Made by a program: the position numbers and the translations under genes | Shown: positions 1-20,687 of the stretch, piece by piece | How positions within the stretch are numbered: the first letter of the stretch is position 1 | Layout: the number at the start of each line of letters is the position of its first letter | The notes under the pieces: model-generated | Database searches by the model: none | What the model saw: only the letters and a program-made list of their open reading frames with translations | What the model was told of the DNA's origin: nothing | NCBI GenBank assembly: GCA_002269645.1 | Contig: NIVC01002012.1 | Span: forward strand, 124,001 to 188,000 | Reading direction: 5' to 3' | DNA: 64,000 nt | Source: Macrostomum lignano | Lineage: Eukaryota

Positions 1-579
1 CAGTCCCTTAGTCAAGATTGAGCAGACCCTTTAGTCTAGATTGAGCAGCCCCTTAGTCTAGATTGAGCAGTCCCTTTTGTCTAGATTGAGCAGTCCCTTA
101 GTCTAGATTGAGCAGACCCTTTAGTCTAGATTGAGCAGTCCCTTTAGTCTAGATTGAGCAGCCCGATTAGTCTAGATTGAGCAGCCCGATTAGTCTAGAT
201 TGAGCAGTCCCTTTAGTCTAGATTGAGCAGTCCCTTTTGTCTAGATTGAGCAGTCCCTTAGTCTAGATTGAGCAGTCCCTTTAGTCTAGATTGAGCAGTC
301 CCTTTTGTCTAGATTGAGCATTCCATTAGTCTAGATTGAACAGTCCCTTAGTCTACACTGAGCAGTCCCTTAGTCTACACTGAGCAGTCCCTTAGTCTAC
401 ACTCTACACTGAGCAGTCCCTTAGTCTCTACACTGAGCAGTCCCTTAGTCTACACTCTACACTGAGCAGTTCCTTAGTCTCTACACTGAGCAGTCCCTTA
501 GTCTACACTCTACACTGAGCAGTCCCTTAGTCTACACTCTACACTGAGCAGTCCCTTAGTCTCTACACTGAGCAGTCCC
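1..579. repeat. ~21-23 bp minisatellite (CAGTCCCTTAGTCTAGATTGAG-like) in EXOC6 intron
   Basis: Tandem unit directly visible; runs off the left edge. Confidence 0.95.
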
Positions 580-596
580 TAAGAGGCAGCACTCAC

Positions 597-4670
<4,074 letters not shown>

Positions 4671-4744
4671 TGTTGGTTAACAAAAAGCAAGCAAGAATTA
4701 ACAACTACAATAAACCAGAAGAAGACAGTTAAGGACAAAAAGTT

Positions 4745-7700
4745 TCACTGCTGCAGATTGCCAGCAATGCTCTGAACTCGCTGTTCAGCGTTGCGAAGCT
4801 GGCTAATGAGTTGATCGAGACCAGCTGAGTCCAGCCTCACAGTCACCGACTTCTGTGAATGGATTATTTAGAAATATACGTTTAAGGTCCATAGTATACT
4901 TTTGGGTTTTTACCCAAAAAGACAAAAATTTTACCAAATACAAATATTTCAGTCAATAATATGCCACTTCACTACTCATCAGTAGACAGAGACAAAGTTT
5001 AGTTAACAAATTGCCAGTAGAACTAATTGATAGTTAAATGAATTCATTCTAGATAAATTGCTATTACTCACTGCTCACTGGTGGAAGCACATGGTATTTA
5101 TTATCTAGCATTATTCCCTTTAGCAGCCCTCAACCAATAGGAATGCATCTTTACTTCCTATCCGATGAAATTCACCCAGACCAAATGCCAACCCCATCCT
5201 TCCAAATTTGTGGGAATCTAGTTTCCTTTTCGTCAAACTTTTTGAAACTTTTGTCAAACTCTTAACTATTTGACACCCATTTGGACAAGTTTCTGTGGCA
5301 TCATTGCCACCTGCGCAATACCTTTGGCAATATCCTTTTGGATAATACATTACTATAATTTCTAAGTAGTCTTTCTTGTTTAAATAGTCAAAACTAGTTT
5401 AAAAAACTTTCCATTGTTTCTTGGTTGTTAAACTTTGATATTAAAATTTCAAAAAAACAAACATGCAAAACTAGAAGATTGCCTGATTTTTAGAGATTGG
5501 ATAAGATTTTAATCTTGCAATCAATATTTGATATTTTAAATTTTTCTCTATCAAAGCTCAATTGAATCTTGATTTTAAAAAGTGCCAAAAATCTGAGATA
5601 TAAAAATAAAGAGCCCTAGGTTGAATAGGCCCACCAATATTTTGAATATAGCATAGATTAACTAGACATTAATATAAATGCATTGAATTCAACATGAATC
5701 AAATTAGTTCCAAAATATCAACTCATTATAGTGTCATCCATATTAAGGGATTTGGGATTTAGCCATGTTTGAAAAATAATATACCTAAAAATTTGTGCTT
5801 TTTACAAATTAAAGGTTGTAATTTTTAATAAAAGTGCATAAAGTTTGTTAGTTTTTGAATATATAAAAATCTATATAAAGAAAATTGCTTTTTTAGTTTT
5901 TAGCTTTGTCTTATCTAAATTAAATATCTTAAAATCTCAATCAAATCTCATATCATATTAAGTCTTAGGGAAATAGATATTATAATATACAATGGAATTA
6001 TATTATATTATAAACATTCCTTTGGCTTTACAAGTTAGTATATTATATATTTATCCAAGCTAAATGAATCAAGTAGCCTAGCATAAAATAAATACTTTAT
6101 TATATATTATATTTATCCCATTTTTGCATAGCATTACCACTAGCAATGTTTTCTTAATAAACTAATAGTGATAGATTTGATATAATTATACTTACTTATT
6201 TATTACTAATGGGGGGCACAGGTGCCACAAATAGACCATGGGGTCCCTATGGCAACTTTAAGGTAAAAGCTTTGATAAGGAATAATTTGAGTGTATGTGG
6301 GTTTTGAGAAAAACAACTAAATTATCTAAATTGTCATTGTCTTGGCATTAGATAATATTACATTCACTAGTCATATTATATTACATTGGCTGCGCAAGGA
6401 TCTCAGCTCTCATAGCAGCACATACAGTTCTTGTTTGGCAACAAAATGATTTTCAACTTTAAATTATATTAATAGGCCTACCATTTGCTTAAAGGATATG
6501 AAGCCTTAGACTAATTCCTTTATTAAAGTTAATAGTCTAATTAAATATTCAAGGTTTAACTAGAATGATATTTGATAGAAAGATTGCATTATAATGGTTT
6601 GATAACTCTATAACTAAAAGCAGGTGCATTTTTTAACTTTAGTCAAGATATTATTTTATTATTATAAAAATATGCTTTGTTTAACCTTTTTAAGGTCCTA
6701 TGTTATTTTGTTTAATTTGGTTTCATTTCCAAGAAATTTGACAAATTTGTCATATTCAAATGTTAGTCTTACGGATTGCCCTAAGTCATCATCATGATAT
6801 GAAAATTTAGAATGACTATTTCAACTGTACCTAGATAAAATAGAGATTCAATGTTGTAACCATCTTGGTATTCTTAGGCCACACTTTGGATCATGTAGTA
6901 TACGACCAAAAATTTGGGTGTGCATTGGCCTTGCACACCAAAATTAGGCGTGCACAGCTGGCATGTGTGGTAGGTGGGGCTACCACGGTGTTTTTTTGTT
7001 TGTCCCCGGGTTTGGTCCCTTTGGTCCACTATGAGGTAACAATGATGTAGTTTCCGCCATCTCCCATTCCTGGGTTTGCCCCTTTGGCTAGTCCCACTGT
7101 TGCGCCCTCGTGTGGTCTGCCCTTCGCCCGTTTGTGGTCCTTTTGTTGTGCCACCCCCGTGCTCTAATTTACTTTTGCTTAATTTTGTTAATTCTTTTTG
7201 TTTTGCCCGTTTGATGCGCCACTGGTGGTTTCCGGATTTGGCCCCAGTGTTGGCCTCATGTATCCCAGTTGATGTCCCAATTTATTTTGTTTAATATTTA
7301 ATTCATGCAAAATTGTAGCATTCACTCATGTCTTCCCTTCCCTCCCTTTTCCCTCTGCTTTTCTTTTTGCCTCTTGTTCGTTTCTCCTTTTATTTTTGTG
7401 CTATTATTATCAAGTTTTGTTTGTTAATTAAGTTTGCAATCTTATAAATTATCTTAGCACCCTGGCTCGCAATTTGCTCTCTGTCACCTTGATAACAATT
7501 ACTTCAACATTATTATTTTGCCATTAAACATAATAAAACATTAATTTGCTACTTAATTTACTCTTCATCCATTAATTGAAGCCTTGTTAGTCTATATTAA
7601 GTCATTTGCCCGTGGGGCATAAAATAACCAAGTTCTCAACTCAAAGAAAGTCTGAGACTTCAACATTCCATAATACATAAATTACGGTGTTGGCAGCTCT

Positions 7701-8698
7701 ACCCTACTGAAAGTAAGCAGTTCAGCAATTTCAAGGCATAAATTCTACAGTATCAAAAGCTCTGGTACTGACTGGTATCCACCATCTGAACGACTATACT
7801 GCTCTAACGACCGCTCTGCTACGATTACAATACCCTCCCCCAGACTTGAGGAACCTGGCAGTTGGAGTATCAAAGGAGAAAAGTGTCCAAATATTTCTGC
7901 AAAATTTTTCTGGCTCTACGAGTGCCAAGATCATGAAGGCGGTAGTTCAAAAGTTTAGAAAACCAACCTGTCCAAAAATTTTCTTTTCTCCGCCCCTACC
8001 TCACATGTATCACTCCTGAGAAAATAGTATTTGTACATACCTGGCATGCACTTTATAGAATCATGCATAAGAGTTGTTGTAAAGTAGAAAAAAGATAAAA
8101 AAAGTTAATTTCTAAGCATAAATTTTAAGTTTTCCAGTTTTTCAGCTCATGAAAAGCATTTAAACAAATCTTGGCATGTATCAATTTTCTGCTAATAAGT
8201 ATCGCTGAAAAAGTATAAAAATGAACCAAATTATCTGCTAATTAGGCCGGTCTATTATGCAATTTAAAAAAGGTTGTTTATTGAATTATTGTCACAATGT
8301 AAAAAAGGTCATTTATTGTCGCAACACTAGCATATTTTTGAGAATGGGCATGCACTAATTTTTTTAGGCCTGCATTTGTACTTTTTCAATTTTTGCTTGG
8401 GCATGCACCCAGCATGATCTAGACTATGGTTCTTAGGCTTACACCAAAAATTAGCATGAATTTGTACTTAGTCTTAAGCTAGGCCCCTAGACATATAGTA
8501 AGAACCTAGGTTCACAAATCTAAAATAAAAATTACCTAGCTAGCATACAAGGCTTCATTCATGATACATTAAATTTTTATAAACAGTATAACTGACCTGG
8601 CTGCTGGGCTGCAGAGTAAGAAGCAGAGAAGATGCCTCTTTTGAAGTGATATCTGCCTTTAGAACGTTCCAACGATACTTTGAATCTTTAGTTGCCAT
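4745..8698 (-). CDS. Small two-exon ORF (69 aa), COMM-domain-like
   Basis: complement(8597..8698) ATG...CAG|gtcagt joined in phase 0 to ttcacag|complement(4745..4852). Product MATKDSKYRWNVLKADITSKEASSLLLTLQPSSQKSVTVRLDSAGLDQLISQLRNAEQRVQSIAGNLQQ*. Pattern W...LLLTL...VTVRL + amphipathic helix resembles COMM domains. Absent from the supplied ORF track. Confidence 0.5.
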
Positions 8699-9313
8699 TG
8701 ATTACAAATGAATATTAGTTAATTTGAACGTAGGTGACGCAGCTAATAACAATCAGAAGTAGAAGAGGAAACCATTCTTGTAAGTTAAATTGAATACAGA
8801 AGAGTAGGCCTATTATTTGCAGAAAAATATGAAAAAATGAAATGAAAACTTTACCAGTTTTGATATTTTAACAACGTTGGTTAAAGTTAAGTTTAATTTA
8901 GTCCTAGAACAATTTTTCGACTGAACAACAAGCGCTTACACAGACTGATAGATAGGGTAGGCGGGTAGGCCTAGCACTGGCTTGGAGTTAAATTCTCAGT
9001 TTCCTGGAAAACAAAGTTTAATGTTCTAACGTATAAAACTAAAACAAAGGATATTCGTTTAAAGACAGTTTAGTGAACAAAAACGTATTCAAGTAATACA
9101 AAAAAGTTCTGCACATTTTTAATTATTGTTTATAAAAAAACTAATGTGCTGTGTATTTTTTCAGATTGTGTACATTTACTACAATCTAACATTCCAAAGG
9201 GAGGCCGAATATAAAATTTCTTAAGCTTTGAATCTTCGAGTCAGAAATCAGCAGCTCTAGTTGGAAATTTTTTGATTTGAGCTCCAAGCTAACTTCCTCT
9301 TTGTGCAAATCAA

Positions 9314-12707
<3,394 letters not shown>

Positions 12708-14167
12708 TTGATTTTTAAGTTGATTTCATAGTACAAAGACTTCTTTTGCTTTACTAAAAGTTTTTAATATTGATACATTTTGTGTTCGCATTAAATAAAT
12801 ACACTCAAAAGTTACTTTCTACAATAATTTCGGCACCAGAATTATTGAATGATTGAATTGCATGGTCGATTCTCTTAACTTGCAGAAGTTGCATATTAAC
12901 AGTTTAAAACATGTTCATATTTTATATCCCTGAAGCTACTGAATCATTTTCATTTATTTTTATTGATAAATTTAAATATACTTGTAAAGCATTCGCAAGA
13001 GGAGTGCAGTGCTATTATTATCGCTGGTAGTAGTATAAGCGACCAATGAAACTTTAGAAAGCCCTAACTTTCTAATCCAGGCATGTTTATATACACACTC
13101 AGTGACTTGGGGGGGGGGGGGGGGGGATCGGCCTTCATGGATGTGAATAGCACCCATAAAAAACTCGCATCGCATTGCTGCTTGACTTATCCTATGATCT
13201 TTATCATATGGCTCTATGTGATGGAATTAGCTCGTATTAACATTTTGTATTAATAAAAAGACGCAGCGCCAACAGGCGATTTCTCTAGCTAGCTGTCATA
13301 TGGAAAATAATGAAAAAAAATCATTTTTTAGAATGCTACAGAAGCCGGTTTTGGCTGCTGCAATGCAAATTCGTGGGATTCCAGGAAGACTAAGATAAAC
13401 AATTGTTTTACTCTAAACAATCGCTAACGCAAACATGAAAAGTCTGTGTCTTCTGTCCTTCTCTCGGTAATGTGAGCCGTCCCCGTGCGCTGCGCGCTCT
13501 TGTCAGCCCCGCTGTTCAATGTACTCTCTCTCCCGCCAGCCAACTTAACCCTTCGGCCCTTGCAATATTCAAACCCCCACCCCATTCAGTTCTTCTCTCC
13601 TCTGCAGCCAATCGGCTTGAGCTTTGGCCCTTCTAGCATTATGTACATCGCATTGCATATCGATCGATCACAATATATAATAGCACGCAAGGCTAAGTGG
13701 AAGCCTAAGCTTTTTTTCCATTCGCAATTAATTGAGCCTTCACAGGTAATAAAATATTTCTGCAAAAAAGTTTTTCGAAAAACGATATTTCCTGAAAAGG
13801 TTGCAACAAAAACTTCATCGTCACATTTTCACTCACATATAACTTGACCCTAGTCGATATTTAACCTGCACAAACAGAAAGAGCATGTTTTCACAAGCTT
13901 CTGGACATCGTTTGCAGAGTCTTTGGTTTCATTTACAAAATGGGATAGATTTATATTCCTGTAATCTGCTGCAGTTTTTTGGAACTCTACAATAGAGACT
14001 TACATAGTAACTAACCCATAAAGACCTAACAATGTCTAGCGCCAGGTTACTAAAACTAATTGTGGTTTTAATGTTCCTAAATGGCATCGAAAGTTGTAGG
14101 TACTTAATACGCTTATATTTTTTGTTTGAATAGATTGGAGGATTAGCAAGGCCATTCATAATTTTAG

Positions 14168-16256
14168 CTAATCATTGCGGTCCCACAAAGTACGTGCAGC
14201 ACAACGGTTCCGCTATTTCACTTGACGTCACAGTCAGCAGTGACGTCATCAATGCCAGTTTCTCAAACGCTCCAATTCCCAACTGTCTGATGCTGTGCCG
14301 ACTACGGGGCTGCGCGCTGGCCGTTGTCATGGAGACGAGCAACCAAAACTGCCAGATCGTGATCGTGAACGACGCTTCTCAGGTTCCTGGACCACTAGGA
14401 AGTCACGTGACAAGACGGATCGGATCCATCGTTGGATCGCTAATTTGGAAAGTAGAAAACTTTCTAGACATTATAAAATCGAGAGCAATTAATGCTTCTA
14501 GACTGAATCAGCTGTTTATTGGTGAGTTCGAGACGACTAGAAATTGCTTATACCGTGCAGTATACGGTGTCGTCACGTAGTTTAAAATATTTTTGCTTCA
14601 GAAAGCGGCACAGGAAGGACTGGCGATATCCAGTACGCTCTGATCCAAGTGACCGGCTGCTACCGCATCGAGGTGGTCGGAGCCAAAGGCGGCGACAACG
14701 CCTTCAACAACCGCATCGGTGGAGTTGGAGCCTTGGCAGCTGGCAGCTTCAACCTGACAGCCGGCACCCGGCTGGCCATCGTAGTCGGGCAGGCGGGCGG
14801 ATCAGCCAAATCTGATGATTCCGGAGCCGGCGGCGGCGGAGGCAGCTTCGTGTACTCAACTGGACCGGCGGCTTCTCAGCAGCTGCTGGTGGCGGCTGGT
14901 GGCGGAGGCGGTGCGTCATATTCTAGAAGCGGTGAGACTTGCACCTCTTTGAAGCTTTAGATGTTCCTTGAATTCATTTCGTTAGGATGACTCAGATGGA
15001 ATGAAGTAGTCCTTGATATCTTGTTTCTTAGAAAATCTTTAGAGAACCCTAATGTATTAAAAAATATCTGTACGTTTGTGTGTTTTGTAACCGGTATCTT
15101 TCAGATATTACACAGGTGTCTCGAGTTAAAAATTATCCTAAAATAACAAGATTTAATGTTATGTTTTACTGAAGTCCTTTGTGACAACCCCCTAGGGTTG
15201 TAGCCTAGTGGCTAGAGCGTCGGACTCACGACTTGAAGGTCGTCGGACTCACGACTTGACGATTCCTGATCCCACTAGAAAAATTTGTGTCTTTGAGCAA
15301 ACTCTTAACTCTGCATTGCTTCAGTTCACCCAGCTGTAAAATGAGTGCCAGCATTAGCTGGGGTATTTAAGGGTGTGTGTGGGGATCCCCTCCAGTCCTT
15401 GGACTGAACAGCCGTACGCAGCCTTCAGATGCGCCACGCAATAGCTACGGCTGAGCTCTCGGTTGGGCATCTGGCCCAATTGGGGCAGATATAATCTATG
15501 ATTCTTTATTATTTGTGTGCAAAAATTTATACACGAGTTGCATTGTTTGTGGCTTCTTTCAAAGAAACAATGTGGGTTGTCCTCACTTATTATTGTCAGT
15601 AATTGAATCAGACAGGTAAGACTATCTCCTATAAATATAAATGACTCCAAGAGCAGAAACAATTACAATGTACCACTGGACTTACCTTTGCAATAAAAGT
15701 ATAGCAGTTACTAAAAATATTAAACGAATTCAAAATTCCAGCTCACCCAGGGGAAGGCGGCAGCAATGGCAGCGACTCAATCGGCGGCTCGATCAACCGT
15801 TTAGGATTTGGCGGAGTCGATGGCCAGCCAGGAAGAAACAATCCGAGCTACTGGCCTTCGAACCGAAACTCAGGCGGCTGCGGAGCCGGTTGGCTGGGCA
15901 GGGCCGCGATGAACCGCAGCAGCCCCAAGCAGGGTCAGAGAGGCAACGGCCGGGCACATGGCTGGGCTGGTGGCAAGGCAGGGCGGGATGGCTTCGGCGG
16001 CTTCGGTGGCTTCGGCGGCTACGGCGGCGTCGGCGGCTTCGGCGGCGGCGGCGGAGGAGCGTCACGGGGCGCTGGGGGCGGCGGCGGCGGCTTCAGCGGA
16101 GGCGGCGCTGGCGACGGTAAAAACCACGCCGGAGGTGGCGGGGGCTCGTTCTGCTGCGGCAGCGACTGCGTCACTGTCTCAGGCGGCAGCTTGGACAGCG
16201 AGCAGCGGGGCCGAGCTGCTCTGCGACTGTTGGCTCCGTTTACAGATCAGTGCTGA
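14168..16256 (+). CDS. PAN/Apple-like + ALK/LTK-type glycine-rich domain protein, copy 1 (signal exon not located)
   Basis: Exons 14168..14521, 14602..14931, 15742..16256, all phase-1 introns, open throughout. C-x3-C-x4-C module, then GCYRIEVVGAKGG...GSFNLTAGTRLAIVVGQAGG...GGGGGSFV...LLVAAGGGGG, GGCGAGW and GGGGGSFC. Confidence 0.8.
15197..15490 (+). mobile_element. tRNA-derived SINE in intron of GRD copy 1
   Basis: A-box TAGCCTAGTGG, internal duplication of GTCGGACTCACGACTTGA, body matches the other two copies. Confidence 0.8.
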
Positions 16257-16257
16257 G

Positions 16258-16259
16258 CT

Positions 16260-16316
<57 letters not shown>

Positions 16317-16339
16317 TAGACAGACAGACAGACAGACAG
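16258..16339. repeat. (GACA)n microsatellite right after the stop codon of GRD copy 1
   Basis: Direct inspection. Confidence 0.95.
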
Positions 16340-16901
16340 AGTGCAAATCTCTATTGATGAATGATTATGTTTTAGAATAAAATTTTCTTAGCACACTATA
16401 CAGTGCATCTCAATCTATCTTAATTTTTATCAGACTAATTCTTACTAAGCCCTTGGAGTCAAGCACCGCAGTTGTATTAAAAACAGTGAATTACAATTTT
16501 GCGTAGTCACGGACGCGATACAAGTCAGTCAAGTGGGAGAGGAAAAACCTGTAGAACAGAGGCATTTAACAATCATTCCATGTCCGGCTATCATTTAAAT
16601 GATATATACTATGTAAATCATGTACTATGTAAATTTTTTTAATTTTAATCTACAGTGAACCAATAAACGACGAGTATGTACTAGAAACGAAGTTACAAAC
16701 GCCTCAACCGATTTTCAAAAATTCGCGCTATTAGATCAGAAAACGGGCTTCGGTACATATCTTCAGGTTAAAAAAGTTTCTCAATTAAATACTCAAAAAA
16801 CAATTTTCATAATTTACTCGAAGGGATAGCATTTGCTGTTGAATTATCAACACTTATCACCATGTAGAGTGGAAAACAATCTCAACTGCCCTTCATTAAT
16901 C

Positions 16902-17769
16902 ATGGAAAACTCATCCAAAGTAGAGACGAGATTCTTCGCTACTCTCGAAAGCGTCTTTGTCGACTGCCCTGCCGAATGCGCCAAATCGACGCATCTTCTG
17001 CCCCATCAGCACAGCCTACGGCATCGTGACCGGCCTGCTGCTGCCTCTGGTGATCGTGTCCGGACTCTTTGGCAACTGCACCACGGCTTGGATCACGCTG
17101 GGTCGCGGTGCAGAGCTCTCCCGGCTCAACGTTTACCTTGGCGCCATGGCGATTGCTGACAACGCCTCCCTGCTGGTATCTGGCTGCCTTGACCTGCTTC
17201 TCACTCGAGGGCTGCCGTGGGTGAGCGGCGGTCGACTGGGCTTCATCGTGTCAAACTACTCTTCTACAGTTTGCACTGCGCATCGTTTCGCTCAGAAGTG
17301 GCTCAGCCTGCAGTCGATGTGCATCTTTCTGGCGATGGTGCTGGACCGAGCTCTGTGCCTGGCCATGCCGTTTCGCTTCCAAGTTGTGTCACGCCGCACG
17401 GCCTGGCGAGTTTGCGGTGCAGCTGTCGCGGCTTCATTGGCACTGAGCTCCGTCTGTCTGGCTGCGTACGGCTAGGACAAGTTGCAGTTCGGACCCACTA
17501 GGCCCACGATGACAATCTGCAAAGTTTACTCCAGCATCCGAGGTGCACTCCGAACCCTGCTGAGTGTGTACATGGTACTGTTCTTGCAGCCTCCGACTCT
17601 GCCGATACTCTGCGTGCTGCTCGTGAATTGCTACTTGGTCTTCAAGCTGGTCGCCATCTTGCGACAGCACCGTCAGTTATCGGCTTCGCTTGGAAGAGCT
17701 TCTGAAGAGAGAGACAAGATGTCTAACACAAATCTGGGCTGTGAAGCTGTAAAAAGAGAATTTTCTTAA
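16902..17769 (+). pseudogene. Rhodopsin-family (peptide-receptor-like) GPCR pseudogene, TM1-TM5
   Basis: GN in TM1 (LFGNC), LGAMAIAD in TM2, extracellular Cys, DRALC (DRY-like), P..F motif. The MENSS N-terminus (16902) is in another frame, there is an in-frame TAG at 17473..17475, and no TM6/TM7 was found. Confidence 0.7.
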
Positions 17770-17959
17770 AGGTATCGTGAAAACCGTCGGTTCAAAGCTT
17801 CAAACATAGATTGTACATTGTTTAGCAATTTGACGATCATTATTCACATTTTTAATGCAGAACAATCCATTACTAAAAACAATGCATTGTCTGTAGGATC
17901 GTCAAACAGAAAAACAATGCAAAGAATCAGCGGTCGCAGCACGTGACAACGATTTGTCT

Positions 17960-19960
17960 ATGGCTCGCGCCGGGACCGCTGATTATTTATCCATTATTCC
18001 CTAGATAGGCTACTTTGTATTGCGGCACTAGGAAAAATGCGATCTCGCTGTTTTTCGTCACTTGTGCAAAAAATGCCGCGACATGGGTCGCTTTAATTTT
18101 GTGATGTAACCGCCAATGTCGCCTGTCCGCTCCGTAGAGAGACGAACGCATGACTAGAGGGGGCAATGACCGTAGGCTGCCTATGACCGGGCAATGACCT
18201 GACGGACCTCCAGCACCAGACTGTCCCGCCCACATGATTGATAGCTTTGGTAGCGCTTTGTGACCAGAGGGCCAAGGACCCACATGGACCCCACCTGTAG
18301 CCAAGGTGCCATAGTTGGTCACTCGGTCATAGTATGACCGAGTGGCTGCCACCACTCTATGGGACCTGGCACACCTGGATCTTTCTACCAGACCTCTCGA
18401 GGCTTGAGCCCCGCCTGGGATGGTTACCAGGAGATTTAGGCTAGCAGGGGAGACACATGCAGCCGAGTACAGGGACTCTGCTTGGGGCATGATCGGGAAC
18501 TCTGGGCTCAATCTGGAGGATTTCTCAGCAGGGGATCCTTTGTGGCTGTGAGCGAGGCTGACTTGCGACTTTGATTACTAAGAGTAGTATGAGGCGAACA
18601 TGTACTGTCTATAGTTTAGATTGCTCAGGGCAAAGGGACGCGTCAGCATGGGGTTGCAACCTTCCTACTGCTATTTTGTGCCAAGACTCGCTAATCCCTC
18701 TACTGCACGCACACACGGCCCCGCAGCACGCACTCACAGGCGAGCTTTGCACGGGGAGAAGCCATTAGCTTACCCAAACTTCCTTATGCTTCGCCACCCC
18801 GGGAGAAAGGCTTAGCAAGCCATGAGTGAAATGATGGTGAAAGAGTGAATAATGATGAGGTTAGTTAATAGTTAATAATTAGGCCCTTAGGCAAATAGTC
18901 AGGCAATTAGGCGGCTTCACTATTGAGTAAAATACTGCAAAAGTTACGGTATCACAATTGGCTCAGCTCTCTAATTAAGCAATGGCAAATAGGCAGACCC
19001 CGAATAAGCAAGGCGATTAGAGCACAAATTAGTAATAGGAACTTACCGGCAGCTTCACAGAGAGAGAGACGGAGTGACCGAGGGCGGCTGTAGGCTGCAG
19101 TCAGGCAAACAGTGAAGCGGCGATGCTCTGAAGCGACGAGGCGCTGATGTAGATCAGGCGATGCTGATGATGCTAGGCGGTATCAGACCGCTGGCCGATA
19201 GGCGAGCTCACTTGAGGAGCTGAAGATAACTTGGTGGTAACAGACCGCGGACCGGCAGAGGTTCGTCCTATAGACGAATGGGTCAGAGCTACGTCTGACA
19301 GCAAGTTCAAAGAAAGACGAGGAGCCCGAAGGTTGAGGATTCTCATGCCGAAAACCGCTTCCTTATATAACCTTCCCAGCCGCCGCTCCAAGGTCGTTTC
19401 CATGACTCACTCTCTCTGATTGGCTGCCGGCAGAATGATGTCAGAATGAGTCATGATGAGAAGCATGAGACCGGCATAGCAACATGAGAAATGGGAGAAT
19501 TGCGCAATCCGGAGGTGAGGTGGGGGGATAATTGGCGCAGCGGGAGGTCGCAAAAGTGTTGCGCAAGCAAACATTGAGAACAATGGGGCTGGGGTCGAGA
19601 ACAAAGGAATTGGAAATCGGGGATAATTGGGGAGAATTGAGAACAATAGAAAAGCAAACATTGGGGAAAAGGTGATAATTAGGTGGGAAAACGAGAACAA
19701 AAGAAAGAGAAAATCGGAGAAAATGTGATAATTAATGGGGGAAAGAGAACAAAAGAATCAAAAACGAGAACAATAGAAGCGGAGGTGGGGTGGGTGTCGC
19801 ATGAGAAATTTGGGGAGGAGAACAATGGCGTGAGAAAAGGTTGCGCAAGAGAGGGGGATGAGTCATCGATGAAAGAATTATTTTTACTGACGAGGATATG
19901 ACGATGAGAAAATCTCCTACGCGATATTTGCGCGAAATGATTAGCTCGCTCGACGTTGCA
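17960..19960. other. Unassigned GC-richer block, possibly a transposon fragment with a minus-strand promoter/first exon
   Basis: Compositional shift; minus-strand TATATAAG at about 19362..19369, donor ccg|gtaagt at 19047/19046; 174-aa ORF 17987..18511 with no recognisable motif. Confidence 0.3.
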
Positions 19961-20072
19961 CAAGAGTTATAACAATATTTCTTCATTAGACGCTAAAATA
20001 AAATAGTAGCTCTGCAGTATTCTTTCGTTGAAAGCAGATCGTAATAATTGGACACAATACTCGTAATGGATG

Positions 20073-20687
20073 TAACGGGTGATCCAAAAAAATGGACAAA
20101 CTTTGTAGTGAAACTGTGCCAAGGCAATACAGTGAATCTTTACAGGCTCGCAGCAGGTGAATCCTGACACCTGTAAGATTTTTTCTGCCAACTTTGGAAT
20201 GGATATATTTATCCAGTTTCCTAAAATAGCCGTTCTAAATTTAGCCAACAGTCACTTTCAACTTGAAGCCATAGACAGTAGATGTGTAATTGTAGAAACA
20301 ACCAAAGACACTTTCATCAACATAGATTACAATTAATTCTTTCTACCGACGCGTTTCGGACCAACAATGGCCATCTTCAGGGTCTGGTGTATTTTTAACT
20401 CACACAACAACTTTATAAGTGAACAAATGTTAACTGTATTAGATGGCCATTGTTGGTCCGAAACGCGTCGGTAGAAAGAATTAATTGTAATCTATGTTGA
20501 TTTTAACTTTTGTTTTTCTCTGCCTGCTAAAGCGTGCTACCTTACCTCAAAGACACTTTCAACTTAAAGCCAAAGACTATTTGGAGTATTCATTCTAAAG
20601 TTGGCAGAAAATAGCCTGTAAATATTCACTGTATTGCCTTGGCACAGTTTCACTACAAAGTTTGTCCATTTTTTGGATCACCCGTTA
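20073..20687. mobile_element. MITE with ~75 bp terminal inverted repeats and TA flanks (Tc1/mariner-like)
   Basis: TA|ACGGGTGATCCAAAAAAATGGACAAACTTTGTAGTGAAACTGTGCCAAGGCAATACAGTGAAT... at 20075 versus its reverse complement ending ...GGATCACCCGT|TA at 20685; further subterminal inverted match TTTTCTGCCAACTTT. Confidence 0.8.
20345..20383 (-). ncRNA. Minimal type I hammerhead ribozyme motif of the kind found in Penelope-like element repeats
   Basis: Minus strand reads ACC-CUGAAGA-U-GGCCA-UUGU-UGGUC-C-GAAA-C-GC-G-UC|GGU: full core, stem II, palindromic mini stem III, 3-bp stem I, GUC cleavage triplet. Confidence 0.7.

Noticed and set aside
5000-8500. AT-rich region with short ORFs (5120..5350, 6865..7050, 7076..7294)
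   Set aside because: No motifs or consistent splice structure; lies within the intron of the small COMM-like ORF
13435-13466. MKSLCLLSFS as signal exon of GRD copy 1
   Set aside because: Its donor is phase 2 whereas the 14168 acceptor needs phase 1; left unresolved rather than called
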